In this document: positions 1 to 9,942 of the stretch, piece after piece
Position numbering within the stretch: position 1 is the first letter of the stretch
How the letters are laid out: the number at the start of each line of letters is the position of its first letter
IMG/VR virus record: IMGVR_UViG_3300017903_002946
Coordinates: 1-64,000 of that record
From: a virus
Taxonomy: Duplodnaviria; Caudoviricetes
Direction: 5' to 3' (one strand)
DNA length: 64,000 nt
Notes under the pieces: model-generated
Databases searched by the model: none
What the model saw: only the letters and a program-made list of their open reading frames with translations
Told to the model about the DNA's origin: nothing
Position numbers and translations under genes: made by a program

Positions 1-1079
1 AGGTGGAAACTATTGCTAGAAACGCTTGCGCCGTTATCAACAAGTCGCTTCCCGTCAATCTCAAATCCATAGATAAGCATTCCCGAAGCATCACTTGATG
101 TTTTAGTGATGACTATGGAAGTAACCGTGCCACTAAAAGAAACATCGGTTTTAGTGGTGGCTGAAGACCCCGAGGTTAAATTAACGGCGGTGCCTCCATT
201 GACGGAAATTGTAGCGGTACCACTACCAGTCATACCGCCAAGAAAAGAAACAGTGTTGCTGCAAGAGACCCCTGGGCTAAGGGTCAAAGTTACAACCGCT
301 GTTTGAGAACCGTCTCCGTTTCCGTGCGCGTAATTAGCATCATTGTTATTGAAAGCATTCGTTGCAGGATAGGAACTATGAAAAGTGCCACTATTGCCTG
401 TTGTAGTAATATTGTTGCTCCATGTTTGGCTATTATCAAACAACTTGTAATTCCCAGTAAACTCTTTTGGCTGCCAAACATTATTGTCGTCAAACTCACC
501 GAAGTCAGTCGGATCAAGTGCTTGGCCGTCAATCGAATAAATGTCTGCAAGATAACCATCAAATGCTGCGATACCACTACTGAAAGCGCCAACAGCATGA
601 GCAACTGTATTGTTATAGTTTGATTCGTAATTAAGCGAAGGGTATGTAGCCGTGGAAAATGTCGTAATTCTTACGCCATTAATATAAAGTCGCAAACGGT
701 CAGAGCTAGTGGCATTCGTGGAATCAAACACAAAGACAATGTGATACCAGCTAGAAGTGTCCCTAAATACAGGGGTTGTTGTTAAACGCCAGTTGTAGCT
801 TGACGTATATCCTCTAAATTCGATTGTGTCACTGCCCGTAAAATAAGCGCCCGTGTATTCGGGTGACGTTGCAGTGTCAAACAAATGAAGGGAATGGACG
901 CTTAGTTTTCCGCGCTTCACCCACCCACTCCAAGTCCACGTCCTGCGATTGCCTGCAGACGACGGAGTTCTACTTAGATATGCACTGTCGGCACTGTTAA
1001 ACCGCAAGCTGCGGTCAATCTGATAGCCAGCCTCTGCTGCACCAGTCAGTAACAAAGGGGTTGCAGATCCAGGAATCAT
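1..1079 (-). CDS. Tail fibre / receptor-binding protein with LamG-like (concanavalin) domain, truncated by window edge
   Basis: ATG at 1079 overlaps the stop of the upstream gene (ATGA). Translation begins MIPGSATPLLLTGAAEAGYQIDRSLRFNSADSAYLSRTPSSAGNRRTWTWSGWVKR, a typical marine-phage fibre opening. Absent from the ORF track because it has no stop in the window. Confidence 0.75.
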   Translation of the reverse strand, partial: MIPGSATPLLLTGAAEAGYQIDRSLRFNSADSAYLSRTPSSAGNRRTWTWSGWVKRGKLSVHSLHLFDTATSPEYTGAYFTGSDTIEFRGYTSSYNWRLTTTPVFRDTSSWYHIVFVFDSTNATSSDRLRLYINGVRITTFSTATYPSLNYESNYNNTVAHAVGAFSSGIAAFDGYLADIYSIDGQALDPTDFGEFDDNNVWQPKEFTGNYKLFDNSQTWSNNITTTGNSGTFHSSYPATNAFNNNDANYAHGNGDGSQTAVVTLTLSPGVSCSNTVSFLGGMTGSGTATISVNGGTAVNLTSGSSATTKTDVSFSGTVTSIVITKTSSDASGMLIYGFEIDGKRLVDNGASVSSNSFH

Positions 1080-1609
1080 GAGACGTTCAGAAGTGCTTGT
1101 GCAGAAATACGAGTGGAGCTATCCACAAAAAACGCGATAATATCTACTGCAGATGCAGTTGTCGTAAGTGTTGGAGCTGTACCTCCAGCAAATTTCCAAT
1201 AATTTCCGAACGCTAGGGTTCTACTTCCGGTGCTATCTTGCGAGACAATGATCACACCCGATTGACCTGCAGTTAAGTTCGTCGGATTAGCCAATGTTCT
1301 ATTCCCACCAAGTGTCACACTGTAATTATTGCCTGCAGCGAAATCAGGAGTGATTGTTGCATCATCAGTTAGAGCAGTGATTGCTCCTCGTTGCGCCGCA
1401 GTAAATGTTTGTGCTGTGTCTGTAACAGCATTTGCAGCAGGTACATTAGCTTGTGTTGATACAAGCGCACTTCCTTCTTTTACGTAAAGCTTATCTTGAT
1501 CTGTTGCATAGCAAATCTCACCTTCCTGAATATCAGCAACAGAGCCGTTCAGGTTTGCGTAGGTTCCCCGAGCAATACGTAATGGTGTTCTAGTACTAGG
1601 TGTAGGCAT
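1076..1609 (-). CDS. Tail fibre protein
   Basis: N-terminal LRIARGT...EGEICYATDQDKLYV fibre anchor motif; C-terminal QDSTGSRTLAF...PTLTTTASAVDII module common in marine phage fibres. Confidence 0.7.
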   Translation of the reverse strand: MPTPSTRTPLRIARGTYANLNGSVADIQEGEICYATDQDKLYVKEGSALVSTQANVPAANAVTDTAQTFTAAQRGAITALTDDATITPDFAAGNNYSVTLGGNRTLANPTNLTAGQSGVIIVSQDSTGSRTLAFGNYWKFAGGTAPTLTTTASAVDIIAFFVDSSTRISAQALLNVS

Positions 1610-2121
1610 TAGTCGAATGATCCTCCGTCGAATGTTGATGATGCTGAAACCAATGAATAACCTGTATTAAAGTTTCCACCGTCTACAACTAAAGTGGCAT
1701 TTGAATCCACATATTGTTTGGTCGCAGCCTGCAAATCAGATACAGGATCAGCTGCTAATGTTAAAGGACCTGTCATAGTTCCTCCAGAAATTGGCAATCC
1801 ATTTCCACTGCCACCGCCGCCGCCCCCGCCGCCACTTCCAGATCTACCCATTAAAGTTCTGAAAGTAGATGTAGAAGGTACTGTTAATACAGCACTTGAT
1901 CCAATTGCAAGAGTACCGACTGCACCGGTATTGGTGTTTGCAGTAACTACCTTATCGACTGTAAGAGTTGTAGGGGTCTCAACGAATTGATTGCCACCTG
2001 TTACTGCAGTAGATGTTCCAAGTGTTTTCCACTTTTCTCCATCGTAGGTATATCTAATGCCATTAGAAGCATTAAATGTATCACCAGCGTTCGGATTATT
2101 TGGAAATTGGATTGCAGCCAT
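1609..2121 (-). CDS. Tail fibre-associated protein
   Basis: AIQFPNNPNAGDTF...YTYDGEKW and GGTMTGPLTLAADPVSDLQAATKQYVD fibre motifs; Gly-run hinge. Confidence 0.65.
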   Translation of the reverse strand: MAAIQFPNNPNAGDTFNASNGIRYTYDGEKWKTLGTSTAVTGGNQFVETPTTLTVDKVVTANTNTGAVGTLAIGSSAVLTVPSTSTFRTLMGRSGSGGGGGGGGSGNGLPISGGTMTGPLTLAADPVSDLQAATKQYVDSNATLVVDGGNFNTGYSLVSASSTFDGGSFD

Positions 2122-2191
2122 TATTGCTCTCCCTGCAGATTAACGACTTCAATAAGGTATCTTTAGTATATCGAAAATGGTGGCTCAATAC

Positions 2192-2374
2192 TTACTCTTT
2201 TGGCTCTACTGCAGTCTGATCATTGAGAACTGCATTCTCTTCTTCAAATTGTAAAGTGTCCATTAATCCCTGAAGTAAGTTGACACTTAGTGCCAATAAA
2301 GTGCTGTCGCCAGTAGCCTTTGCTGCTGCATATGAGTTGATAGCTGTTATCAAATCAGATTTTTTGCAAGCCAT
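2192..2374 (-). CDS. Small hypothetical protein
   Basis: 60-aa ORF with its own TAGAAT box at 2396-2401. Confidence 0.55.
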   Translation of the reverse strand: MACKKSDLITAINSYAAAKATGDSTLLALSVNLLQGLMDTLQFEEENAVLNDQTAVEPKE

Positions 2375-2414
2375 TGTATCTATTTAACTTTTATGATTCT
2401 ACTTAAATTAAATA

Positions 2415-4826
2415 TTAGGCGGCTGCAACAGAAAGGCTGCCAGCATTGGTTACTGTAACTTTATACCGTGTGCCATTAGGTGATTTGAGAATCACGCCAG
2501 TGCTCGCGGTTGTTAGCTCTAGGTTTCCACTTGTATCCCACTGAGGTCCACCCGTACTGAGATATGAAGGGGTTACAGACCCTACAGGAATACCACCGTT
2601 CCAGCTTGGGTTGCCCTCAACCCATTGACTTGAATCACTATCTGTGTAGTAGATATAAGTACGCCCTTCATCCGTGTCGTACCACTGGTCTCCTTCATTT
2701 GCACTTGACGGAGCAGAAGTGCCAACAAATGTCTGTCGGCTACCAACCGTAATCCAACTACCGTCAGCTCTCAGGAATTTTTGAGTACCACCACCTGAAA
2801 ATGGAACTAAGCCGTTGTTTGTTGATGTAAATGTCGGCAGTGCAACACCAGTACCTGTACTAGACGTAATCGTTGAACTACTTGCTGTGTAACCTAAGTT
2901 CGTAGGGGTTCCTGGAGGTGAGGCCCAAGTCCCATCGGCTCTAAGGTAGTTAACACTTCCACCACCGGAAAGTGGAGTAAGGCCTGCAATCGTGCTGCTG
3001 AACAAAGGCAATGTGGCATCAGTACCAGTATCTGATGCAATTACTCTTGTTGCACTGTCATAGGACAGGTTAGTCGTACCAACGAAGCTTGCGGTTGTAT
3101 TAATCGTGATATTTGCTGATCCATCGAATGAAGCTGAACCAGTCAAGTCTCCTGCAAGACTAATTGTTCTTGCTGTCTGTAGTGCTGACGCTGTATCGGC
3201 ATTTCCAAGTAATGTCGCAGTAATGTTTCTTGCAGTAAAGTCGCCAGAAGCATCACGAGCAACAATTGCATTTGCCGTATTCAAGTTTGTTGCGGTTGTT
3301 GCAGAGTTTGCGACTTTGCCTGATGTCGTGATTGTTGCTAAGTAGGCATCAGCGATTTGTGTGCCCTGCCACGTACCAGTGTTGATTGTCCCAACACTTG
3401 TCAGACTTGACCCAGTAACACCTGCACCAAGTGAGGTTTCCGTTAATACTTGACTACCATTAACGTAGTAGGACTTGCCTAATGCAAGGTCAATATGTTC
3501 ACTTGATGTCCAGGCATCAGTGCTATTCGCCCAAGCAAAGGTTTTATCCGTAGAACCTTTTAAAGTAAGACCACCACCGTCAGCAGTAACGTCAGTGGGA
3601 GTACTAACAGTTCCAAGCTGAATATTGGAATCTTTAATCGTTACGATCGGTGAGTCTAAAGAAATGCTTGTGCCTGTTGCCGTAAGAGTTCCTGCAATAG
3701 TGACGTTGCCATCAAAAGTCGATACTCCTGTGACATCTAATGTTCCAGGTACATCAATATTGGATGTCCATTCAACTCCCGTACCTGCAGCATTGGTCTG
3801 AATTAATTGGTACGACGATCCGTCAGCAAGCTTACTAACATCAATTTCTGCTGACGCGCTGATGTCGGCATTAATAATTGAACCATCAACAATGTTGGCA
3901 CTTGCAACTGTCACGTTATTAGGCAGAGCACCAGCAGCAATATCGCCTGGCGACACACCACCTGAGATTTGTGATGATTGCAGCGTAATGCCAGACGGCA
4001 GTGACCCGTTAGCCAGTTTTGTTAAAGCAATAGCTGCACTTGCATTGATGTCTGCATCAACAATTGTTCCGTTGACAATGTTGGCACTTGCTACTTGAAC
4101 ACCAGACGGAAGAGTACCAGACGCAAGCTTGCTTAATCCAATTGCTGCCGACGCATTAATATCAGCATCAACAATTGCTCCATCTGCAATCATTGAACTT
4201 GTGATTGAACCGTTATCGCCTGTAGTCACCAACGTACCTGATACATCAGGAATCACGACGGCATGGTCTGCAGAAGGATTCGCAACAGAAAGTGTTGTTT
4301 CATAGGCATTAGCCGACGAACCTTCAAATGTAATGCTGCCGTTATTCAGATAGATGTCTGAAGAATTTAACGTTAGACCTGCATTTAGCACAAGGTTTCC
4401 AGTCAACGTGTCTCCATTGGAGTTCACGTACCGATCATCTAACGTGCCACTCTGATGATTGCTGTTGTTAGGATCAGGAATAAGGTTGGTATCAAATTTT
4501 TCCGTACTAGCATCTAACCATTGTGCTGTATTGCCGTCATCGTAATAGATATAAAGACGTTGATCGTCCGTATCCCAATATAAATTTCCAGCACCTGGAC
4601 TTCCCGGTGGCGTGGCAACCGTCGGGATAATTGCTTGATAGTTAGTAAATGACAGGTTGTTTTTACCTGCTAATCTGACAATCGAACCAGCGCTGTCCTT
4701 AATGAAGATGGCAGGATCATTAGAGTTAAAGTTGATGGCTAATTCACCATCCAGCATATTTGCAGCGGTTGGCTCCTTAGCCGCTCCACTGTCTAAGACA
4801 TTTGAATTCTTTAGCTGAATCTTCAT
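2415..4826 (-). CDS. Long tail fibre protein (803 aa)
   Basis: N-terminal GELAINF...IFIKDSAGSIV motif, repeated IVDADINASAAI units, GDQWYDTDEGRTYIYY motif, C-terminal LKSPNGTRYKVTVTNAGSL. Confidence 0.8.
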   Translation of the reverse strand: MKIQLKNSNVLDSGAAKEPTAANMLDGELAINFNSNDPAIFIKDSAGSIVRLAGKNNLSFTNYQAIIPTVATPPGSPGAGNLYWDTDDQRLYIYYDDGNTAQWLDASTEKFDTNLIPDPNNSNHQSGTLDDRYVNSNGDTLTGNLVLNAGLTLNSSDIYLNNGSITFEGSSANAYETTLSVANPSADHAVVIPDVSGTLVTTGDNGSITSSMIADGAIVDADINASAAIGLSKLASGTLPSGVQVASANIVNGTIVDADINASAAIALTKLANGSLPSGITLQSSQISGGVSPGDIAAGALPNNVTVASANIVDGSIINADISASAEIDVSKLADGSSYQLIQTNAAGTGVEWTSNIDVPGTLDVTGVSTFDGNVTIAGTLTATGTSISLDSPIVTIKDSNIQLGTVSTPTDVTADGGGLTLKGSTDKTFAWANSTDAWTSSEHIDLALGKSYYVNGSQVLTETSLGAGVTGSSLTSVGTINTGTWQGTQIADAYLATITTSGKVANSATTATNLNTANAIVARDASGDFTARNITATLLGNADTASALQTARTISLAGDLTGSASFDGSANITINTTASFVGTTNLSYDSATRVIASDTGTDATLPLFSSTIAGLTPLSGGGSVNYLRADGTWASPPGTPTNLGYTASSSTITSSTGTGVALPTFTSTNNGLVPFSGGGTQKFLRADGSWITVGSRQTFVGTSAPSSANEGDQWYDTDEGRTYIYYTDSDSSQWVEGNPSWNGGIPVGSVTPSYLSTGGPQWDTSGNLELTTASTGVILKSPNGTRYKVTVTNAGSLSVAAA

Positions 4827-4863
4827 TGATTAAAGCCCTAGACATCTTCTTGATATTTATATT

Positions 4864-5082
4864 TTAGCTTTTATCTGCTATGCCAATATTCTTTAATTTC
4901 GATACAATCTGTTCTTTAAGAACGGCTGCAAGTAAGTTTTGATAGGTCATTAGCTGCTTGGTTACTTCTTTCAAGCTATTTCTCAAAACTTCTACATCTG
5001 AACATCCATCTACTTCGTCCGTAATTACTCGAAGTTTTAGAACTTTTTCTAATGGTAGTTCAAAGTCTTCAGGCTTAAACAT
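4864..5082 (-). CDS. nblA: NblA-like phycobilisome degradation protein
   Basis: 72 aa; ELPLEKVLKLRVITDEVDGCSDVEVLRNSLKEVTKQLMTYQNLLAAVLK matches the two-helix NblA pattern (LxLEQxFxL...QxxxxENLxxxLLK). Confidence 0.6.
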   Translation of the reverse strand: MFKPEDFELPLEKVLKLRVITDEVDGCSDVEVLRNSLKEVTKQLMTYQNLLAAVLKEQIVSKLKNIGIADKS

Positions 5083-5126
5083 GACTTGTAAGTATCACTT
5101 TCCTGCTTAAACAATAGCGCACTTAT

Positions 5127-7037
5127 TTATTGAGTGCTATCAAGCACCACATACGCTGTTTCAATTGGATCTAGGTTTAAGCCATTAGACATTGCAAATA
5201 CTATTTCTGATATAGATATACCTGTTCTTTGGTATGAAAGGTTATATGCATTTGCTGAGTTGATTATTTCTTGTACAAGTTTCTCATTAAACTTCTCTGC
5301 CGCATTGGACCAGCGCCTATCGCTCCCAATCGGATACTGATTTGGTTCTCTCACACGTACATCATCATTAAACATTGATGCTATGACGTGCTTACACAGC
5401 TTGAAACTCAAACGATGTTTGTCTGTCTCCCAGCTAGCAGCCTTACCTGCCACCTTATTTTGACCAATCATGTCAAACTCGTCAGGACTCAGAGCTGTTG
5501 GTAGTGGATATCTTTGCTGTCGATTTGTCTTCCGAGTGTCTCCATCTTGATTTGATTGAGGCATCGCCAAGATAGTGTGGGAGTAATTAGGACACGAGCA
5601 CGAATAAGTGATCGAAGGTCTCAATGCTAAGCCGCTTGTAAATATCTCATCCATCCAAGGATTTATATCTGTATGTAAGTCAGTCCATTTCTCGTCTGTT
5701 GTGAAGGTTTTAGCGAAGCTATTGTCCGTAAAGACCAGTTGCGTTCCTGACTCTAAAGCCGGATACAGTTTGATTTCTGCAAAGTAGGGTCTAGATTCAA
5801 TGATCAATTCATTGTTTACGATATCTGCTTTTTCAACTACAAATGGAATAATTGAATATGAAATGTCTTGTACAAGTCCTTGTACAACTTCTCCGGTCAA
5901 GTACTTACTTCCAAAGTATTTCTGATAAGAAGCTTTCTTAAATACGTATGAACCTTCGATTGTGTACGACGCATTTGCAGTTGTAAAGATCGTCGGAAGA
6001 TCTGTAAGGTCTAGCATCGAAGGTGGCAACTCATTCACTCCTTGATCCAATCCAACCAGTGCTTGACCTGTTTCACTTTCTCTAATTGATACCTCAAAGA
6101 AGTAATCATCATCTTTGAAAGTAACGTTATTTATGTTTGACAATGACTTGTCAATAAAGAAATCTGTGACATAAATAATTTTGTTGGTCAGTAGCTCTGG
6201 ATTTGCCAGGATGTCTAAGGACCCCTCTGCATTTTTAACCTGATTGTTGACGCCTTGGTTTGGAATGAAGTCCCCACTGTTTGTGGTTATATTCACGTCT
6301 GCAACGGGGATTGTAATCTTTACTGTTGTTGCTTTCTGATCTAATTCGACAAAGTTCTTCAACTCATCTGACAGTGTTCTGCCTGTGTATATTGCAGGTT
6401 TAGTATCGGATGTCAGTATCTTTTTGAGTGTCGCTTCAGTTCGATTGTCCTCTGTGTACGCACCATCAGCAATTCTCTCGCCCACCATCTGTAGTAGCAA
6501 GCGTCCTGTTGTTGCGTCTGGATTGACGGAAACGAAAATTTCTCCATTATTAAAGTTATCGGTATACGTAAACGAATCATTCTTTACGCTTGTTACTGTG
6601 CCTAGTGATATATTCTCTGGCGTTCTTTTGACAACATAGTGTGTATTTGTATCCGCCTTCATAGTTGGATACTCATATCCCGAAAATGTATTACTTATTT
6701 CGTAGGGTGTGTTTTTGTACAGCGTTGCATCAAGCAGTGCATCTACGAACGGTGTGTTACTGCCAGTCTCCTCTAAACCTGGGTCATAGTTTACGTTTTT
6801 AATCTTTAGTGTGGTCCAAGCAGTGCGGTTATATATCTCATAACCCTTACGCCACTTGACCCAATCACTTTCTAAGTTCCACTGATCGATAACACTTCTT
6901 TGAACCGTAGATCCGAATTCCCGGTTACTCGGATAAAAACCAGAAGCCCTTGGATTACCAAGGGATCGATCTATACTTGCAAACCCTTTAAAGGCGTATA
7001 CACCGGGATTAAAGTCACTACGCTTTCTAGGCATCAA
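5127..7037 (-). CDS. Hypothetical virion-module protein with SWIM-like Zn finger
   Basis: 636 aa; YSCSCP ... LCKHVIA near the C-terminus. Confidence 0.6.
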   Translation of the reverse strand: MMPRKRSDFNPGVYAFKGFASIDRSLGNPRASGFYPSNREFGSTVQRSVIDQWNLESDWVKWRKGYEIYNRTAWTTLKIKNVNYDPGLEETGSNTPFVDALLDATLYKNTPYEISNTFSGYEYPTMKADTNTHYVVKRTPENISLGTVTSVKNDSFTYTDNFNNGEIFVSVNPDATTGRLLLQMVGERIADGAYTEDNRTEATLKKILTSDTKPAIYTGRTLSDELKNFVELDQKATTVKITIPVADVNITTNSGDFIPNQGVNNQVKNAEGSLDILANPELLTNKIIYVTDFFIDKSLSNINNVTFKDDDYFFEVSIRESETGQALVGLDQGVNELPPSMLDLTDLPTIFTTANASYTIEGSYVFKKASYQKYFGSKYLTGEVVQGLVQDISYSIIPFVVEKADIVNNELIIESRPYFAEIKLYPALESGTQLVFTDNSFAKTFTTDEKWTDLHTDINPWMDEIFTSGLALRPSITYSCSCPNYSHTILAMPQSNQDGDTRKTNRQQRYPLPTALSPDEFDMIGQNKVAGKAASWETDKHRLSFKLCKHVIASMFNDDVRVREPNQYPIGSDRRWSNAAEKFNEKLVQEIINSANAYNLSYQRTGISISEIVFAMSNGLNLDPIETAYVVLDSTQ

Positions 7038-7543
7038 TAGAATCCGCCGTGGACTCCAAGTAAGGGTGCTTCTGTTGCCGTATCACTAGAGGTCTTTTTC
7101 TTTACTGCAGCCCAGAGACACTTGCCTTTAGGGATATAGAGAGCTTGGAACTGTGTACCAATAACCAGGTTGGAGTCTGTAGAACCTTGACCAGGAACTG
7201 GATTCAGCACATAGGGCATTGCGCCATAAACAGTCTTAGATCCTTCAGTCGTAGCACCGTTAAAGGTTCCAAGAAAAGAAGCTTGAGATGCTCTTAAAAA
7301 ATCTTTTGCACTACTTATATACATATTGATTGTATAAGCAGTGGTCGTAGCTCTTGCTAAAGAATAGATTTCACTAATAATTGCACCATCGTTACTAGTG
7401 CAATCTACAATTAGTTTTGCACCGTTTGAACCACCAATAGTGATCACAGAGTTTGTTTCAACTGTTGCACCAGCAAGGTCAACAATCTCATGCAGTACTC
7501 GATCAACCAGAAGTGGTTGCTTATTAGTAGATGTTGAAGCCAT
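7034..7543 (-). CDS. Hypothetical structural protein
   Basis: 169-aa ORF tightly coupled to its neighbours in the virion module. Confidence 0.55.
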   Translation of the reverse strand: MASTSTNKQPLLVDRVLHEIVDLAGATVETNSVITIGGSNGAKLIVDCTSNDGAIISEIYSLARATTTAYTINMYISSAKDFLRASQASFLGTFNGATTEGSKTVYGAMPYVLNPVPGQGSTDSNLVIGTQFQALYIPKGKCLWAAVKKKTSSDTATEAPLLGVHGGFY

Positions 7544-8115
7544 TACGCTTTACCTCTTTTCTTTCCTTTTGTTTGCTTAGTCGCACCTGGCGTCATTGCC
7601 ATACCTGCGTATTGCTCCATTGTAGGTAATGGTGTACCTTGACCAGCATTAAAACCTGGAGGGGTTTGAATATTTGCAGGTTGACCAGTAAGACCCATAA
7701 AACTCTGAGGCTTACCTTGCATAGATGGGTGCATATTGATGCGACTAGCTTGCATCATTTCAGCAGGAGGAGTGGGGGCTGCAAACAATGCAAGTGTTCC
7801 ACGCTGGTGGCCACGCATAGTTCCCGAACCTTGGTTCGGCATTTGTGAACGCGGTACAAAAGCAGGATTGATTTCACCACCATCAACGCCAAGTTGCGTT
7901 GCATTCATCAAACCTTTGTCCCCATAAGGAAATTCGTTCACAACCTTCCCATCGGGACCGGGCAGTGCACTCAGCTGAGGACCAAAGCTGGTGACATTAC
8001 CAGGGTGGTTCATCTGTGTCGTCGGGTCACCTGGAGTAACCGACATGTTGATTGACAATCTTTCCCGATTAGGGTCAAGAGCAATGGAGTTTTGTTGAAC
8101 TTTAGATTTTGCCAT
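7543..8115 (-). CDS. Hypothetical Pro/Gln/Met-rich protein
   Basis: 190 aa, low complexity, basic C-terminus, coupled stop/start. Confidence 0.55.
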   Translation of the reverse strand: MAKSKVQQNSIALDPNRERLSINMSVTPGDPTTQMNHPGNVTSFGPQLSALPGPDGKVVNEFPYGDKGLMNATQLGVDGGEINPAFVPRSQMPNQGSGTMRGHQRGTLALFAAPTPPAEMMQASRINMHPSMQGKPQSFMGLTGQPANIQTPPGFNAGQGTPLPTMEQYAGMAMTPGATKQTKGKKRGKA

Positions 8116-8414
8116 TATGCAATCCTCATAGTTTCAGAACGATCATTATTGCCAAAGTCAGCGTTACCGGCAGCCTTTGCATAAAGTGCGAGACGTTGAT
8201 CTAACTTGTCCGTTCCTACAGAATTTTGCTCTGGAGGTGCAGGAGGCGTAGGTACTGTCTCGGGAGCAGGCACTTTGTTTACTACAGGCTGTATACCGCT
8301 GGTGTAGGGGTTTCCATCGCCTTGAGCTCGGGCTTGCTTAAGTCTTTGTTCATAGTCAGATTCCTGACTATTCATTGTAATTTTATGAGCACCGTGCGTA
8401 TTTACGGCATACAT
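8115..8414 (-). CDS. Hypothetical protein
   Basis: 99 aa; TAGAAT box at 8440-8445. Confidence 0.55.
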   Translation of the reverse strand: MYAVNTHGAHKITMNSQESDYEQRLKQARAQGDGNPYTSGIQPVVNKVPAPETVPTPPAPPEQNSVGTDKLDQRLALYAKAAGNADFGNNDRSETMRIA

Positions 8415-8448
8415 GATTTTATTTAAATAGCCTAAACCTATTCTACAC

Positions 8449-8946
8449 TTAAGACCAATCAGTGCTGAGCATCATGCGAGTTCCAACTGCAGTATCAGCA
8501 GGACCAGGCACAGCCATAATAAATTCAGCTCCAGATCTTTCAAATGCATATCGACGTACCTCAGGACGACGATAGTTTGGTACGTAAAGGCTTTCTGCTA
8601 GACGATCTACTTCTCTAAGATAGATTTCTCTAAAGTATTCGTCACCCTTCAGCGGATCTGACGTATTAATCGTACGGCTAACGTCACCTGAAATAATCTC
8701 TTGACGAGAAGGATTAAGCGTTCTGCTGCCATTATCATCAAAGTAATCGTCAGGAATAGCTGCACTAGCTCTCCATGCAATGTCACATCGTTTTATATGG
8801 TAGTTAATTTGCTCATACCAATAGTCATCTGGTATGAGAGACATCGCTTCTTCTAAACGTGAACGATCACCAGCAGGGATTTGTGCACCAGCATTAAAAC
8901 CAAGATGAAATCGAACTTTAGATTTTAAATAATCGTCTAGTTCCAT
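8449..8946 (-). CDS. Possible head completion / head-tail adaptor protein
   Basis: 165 aa, helical, downstream of the capsid genes; call rests on position and size only. Confidence 0.35.
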   Translation of the reverse strand: MELDDYLKSKVRFHLGFNAGAQIPAGDRSRLEEAMSLIPDDYWYEQINYHIKRCDIAWRASAAIPDDYFDDNGSRTLNPSRQEIISGDVSRTINTSDPLKGDEYFREIYLREVDRLAESLYVPNYRRPEVRRYAFERSGAEFIMAVPGPADTAVGTRMMLSTDWS

Positions 8947-9398
8947 TAGGCAACTCCTCTTGTGATATTGCTGTATGTAGTTGCTAATTCATTTTCAAGC
9001 ATTTGAGTTTCGACTGGTGTTAACTCTTGCCCAGTTTGAATTTTTGCAAGTAGTGTTGCAGCAAGGGAATTTTCCATCATTGCTTGTCTTGCTCCTGCTC
9101 CCAATCCACCACCAAGGATTGCACCAACTAATCCACCAGCAAAACGAATGCCAGGGCGAGCGGCATTACGAATGCCCCGCATTCCAGTGTTTGGAACAGG
9201 TGCTAAACCTTGTCCTGCAGCTAATCTGTCTTTAATTTTATTGATTTGTAGACCAGCAGCGTGAGGAACTGCGCCAGCAGTAGCCCCAGTCAATGCACCA
9301 AGGCCTGCCCCAAGCGCTGTAGCAGTGCCAAGTCCCATACGACTTTGTTCATCTTGTGCGGCTTTTGCTAGTAATGCTTCTTCAATACTAATGGCCAT
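8946..9398 (-). CDS. Glycine-zipper hypothetical virion protein
   Basis: GxxxG repeats (LGAGLGALTGATAG; GGLVGAILGGGLGAG). Confidence 0.55.
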   Translation of the reverse strand: MAISIEEALLAKAAQDEQSRMGLGTATALGAGLGALTGATAGAVPHAAGLQINKIKDRLAAGQGLAPVPNTGMRGIRNAARPGIRFAGGLVGAILGGGLGAGARQAMMENSLAATLLAKIQTGQELTPVETQMLENELATTYSNITRGVA

Positions 9399-9427
9399 TA
9401 CTACACTTTTATTTTGATATTACTAGT

Positions 9428-9862
9428 TTAACTAATAAAAATCAAGTCTTCTTCAATTAGTTGTTCCCAGTTAACGCGAGGAATGTTCTCAAGCTGTTTA
9501 AGGTTGGCAAATCTTTCACCACTTAATGACATCCGCAGCTCAACAATCTTTTTAGCAGTAGCAAAGCCAACACCTGGCAGTCGCTTAGCAATTTGTTCAG
9601 CAGGCGCTGCATTTAAATTTAGACGAGTATCTTCAATTGGTACAACTGTCTGAGGAATTTGTTCTTCAGGAGCTTCTTTTTCTACCGGTGCAATTTTTGC
9701 CATTCGTCCTTTCTGAGGATCGTATGGAACAAGTTGATCTAACATCATAAAAGTAACGCCACCAGCAGCATCTTTTACCATTGCAAATTCTTTATCGTGC
9801 TGAGTAACAAACTCCACCAACTTACCAGTTTTGGTGTCTTGAAATAACTTGTGGTCGGACAT
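9428..9862 (-). CDS. Helix-hairpin-helix (ComEA-like) DNA-binding protein
   Basis: RLNLNAAPAEQIAKRLPGVGFATAKKIVELR...FANLKQLENIPRV is the ComEA HhH signature. Confidence 0.85.
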   Translation of the reverse strand: MSDHKLFQDTKTGKLVEFVTQHDKEFAMVKDAAGGVTFMMLDQLVPYDPQKGRMAKIAPVEKEAPEEQIPQTVVPIEDTRLNLNAAPAEQIAKRLPGVGFATAKKIVELRMSLSGERFANLKQLENIPRVNWEQLIEEDLIFIS

Positions 9863-9896
9863 ATCTTTGGGGTATACCTAATCTTATTATAGGCAC

Positions 9897-9922
9897 AAAA
9901 AAAGCGCCTCCGAAGAGACGCT
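9897..9922 (-). terminator. Intrinsic terminator after the capsid genes
   Basis: Minus strand AGCGTCTC-TTCG-GAGGCGCT followed by T-tract; cUUCGg loop. Confidence 0.85.
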
Positions 9923-9942
9923 CTTGATACTGATTATATAAA

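Noticed and set aside
1-4826. Tail-fibre cluster as a possible diversity-generating retroelement target
   Set aside because: No reverse transcriptase and no template/variable repeat pair seen in the window
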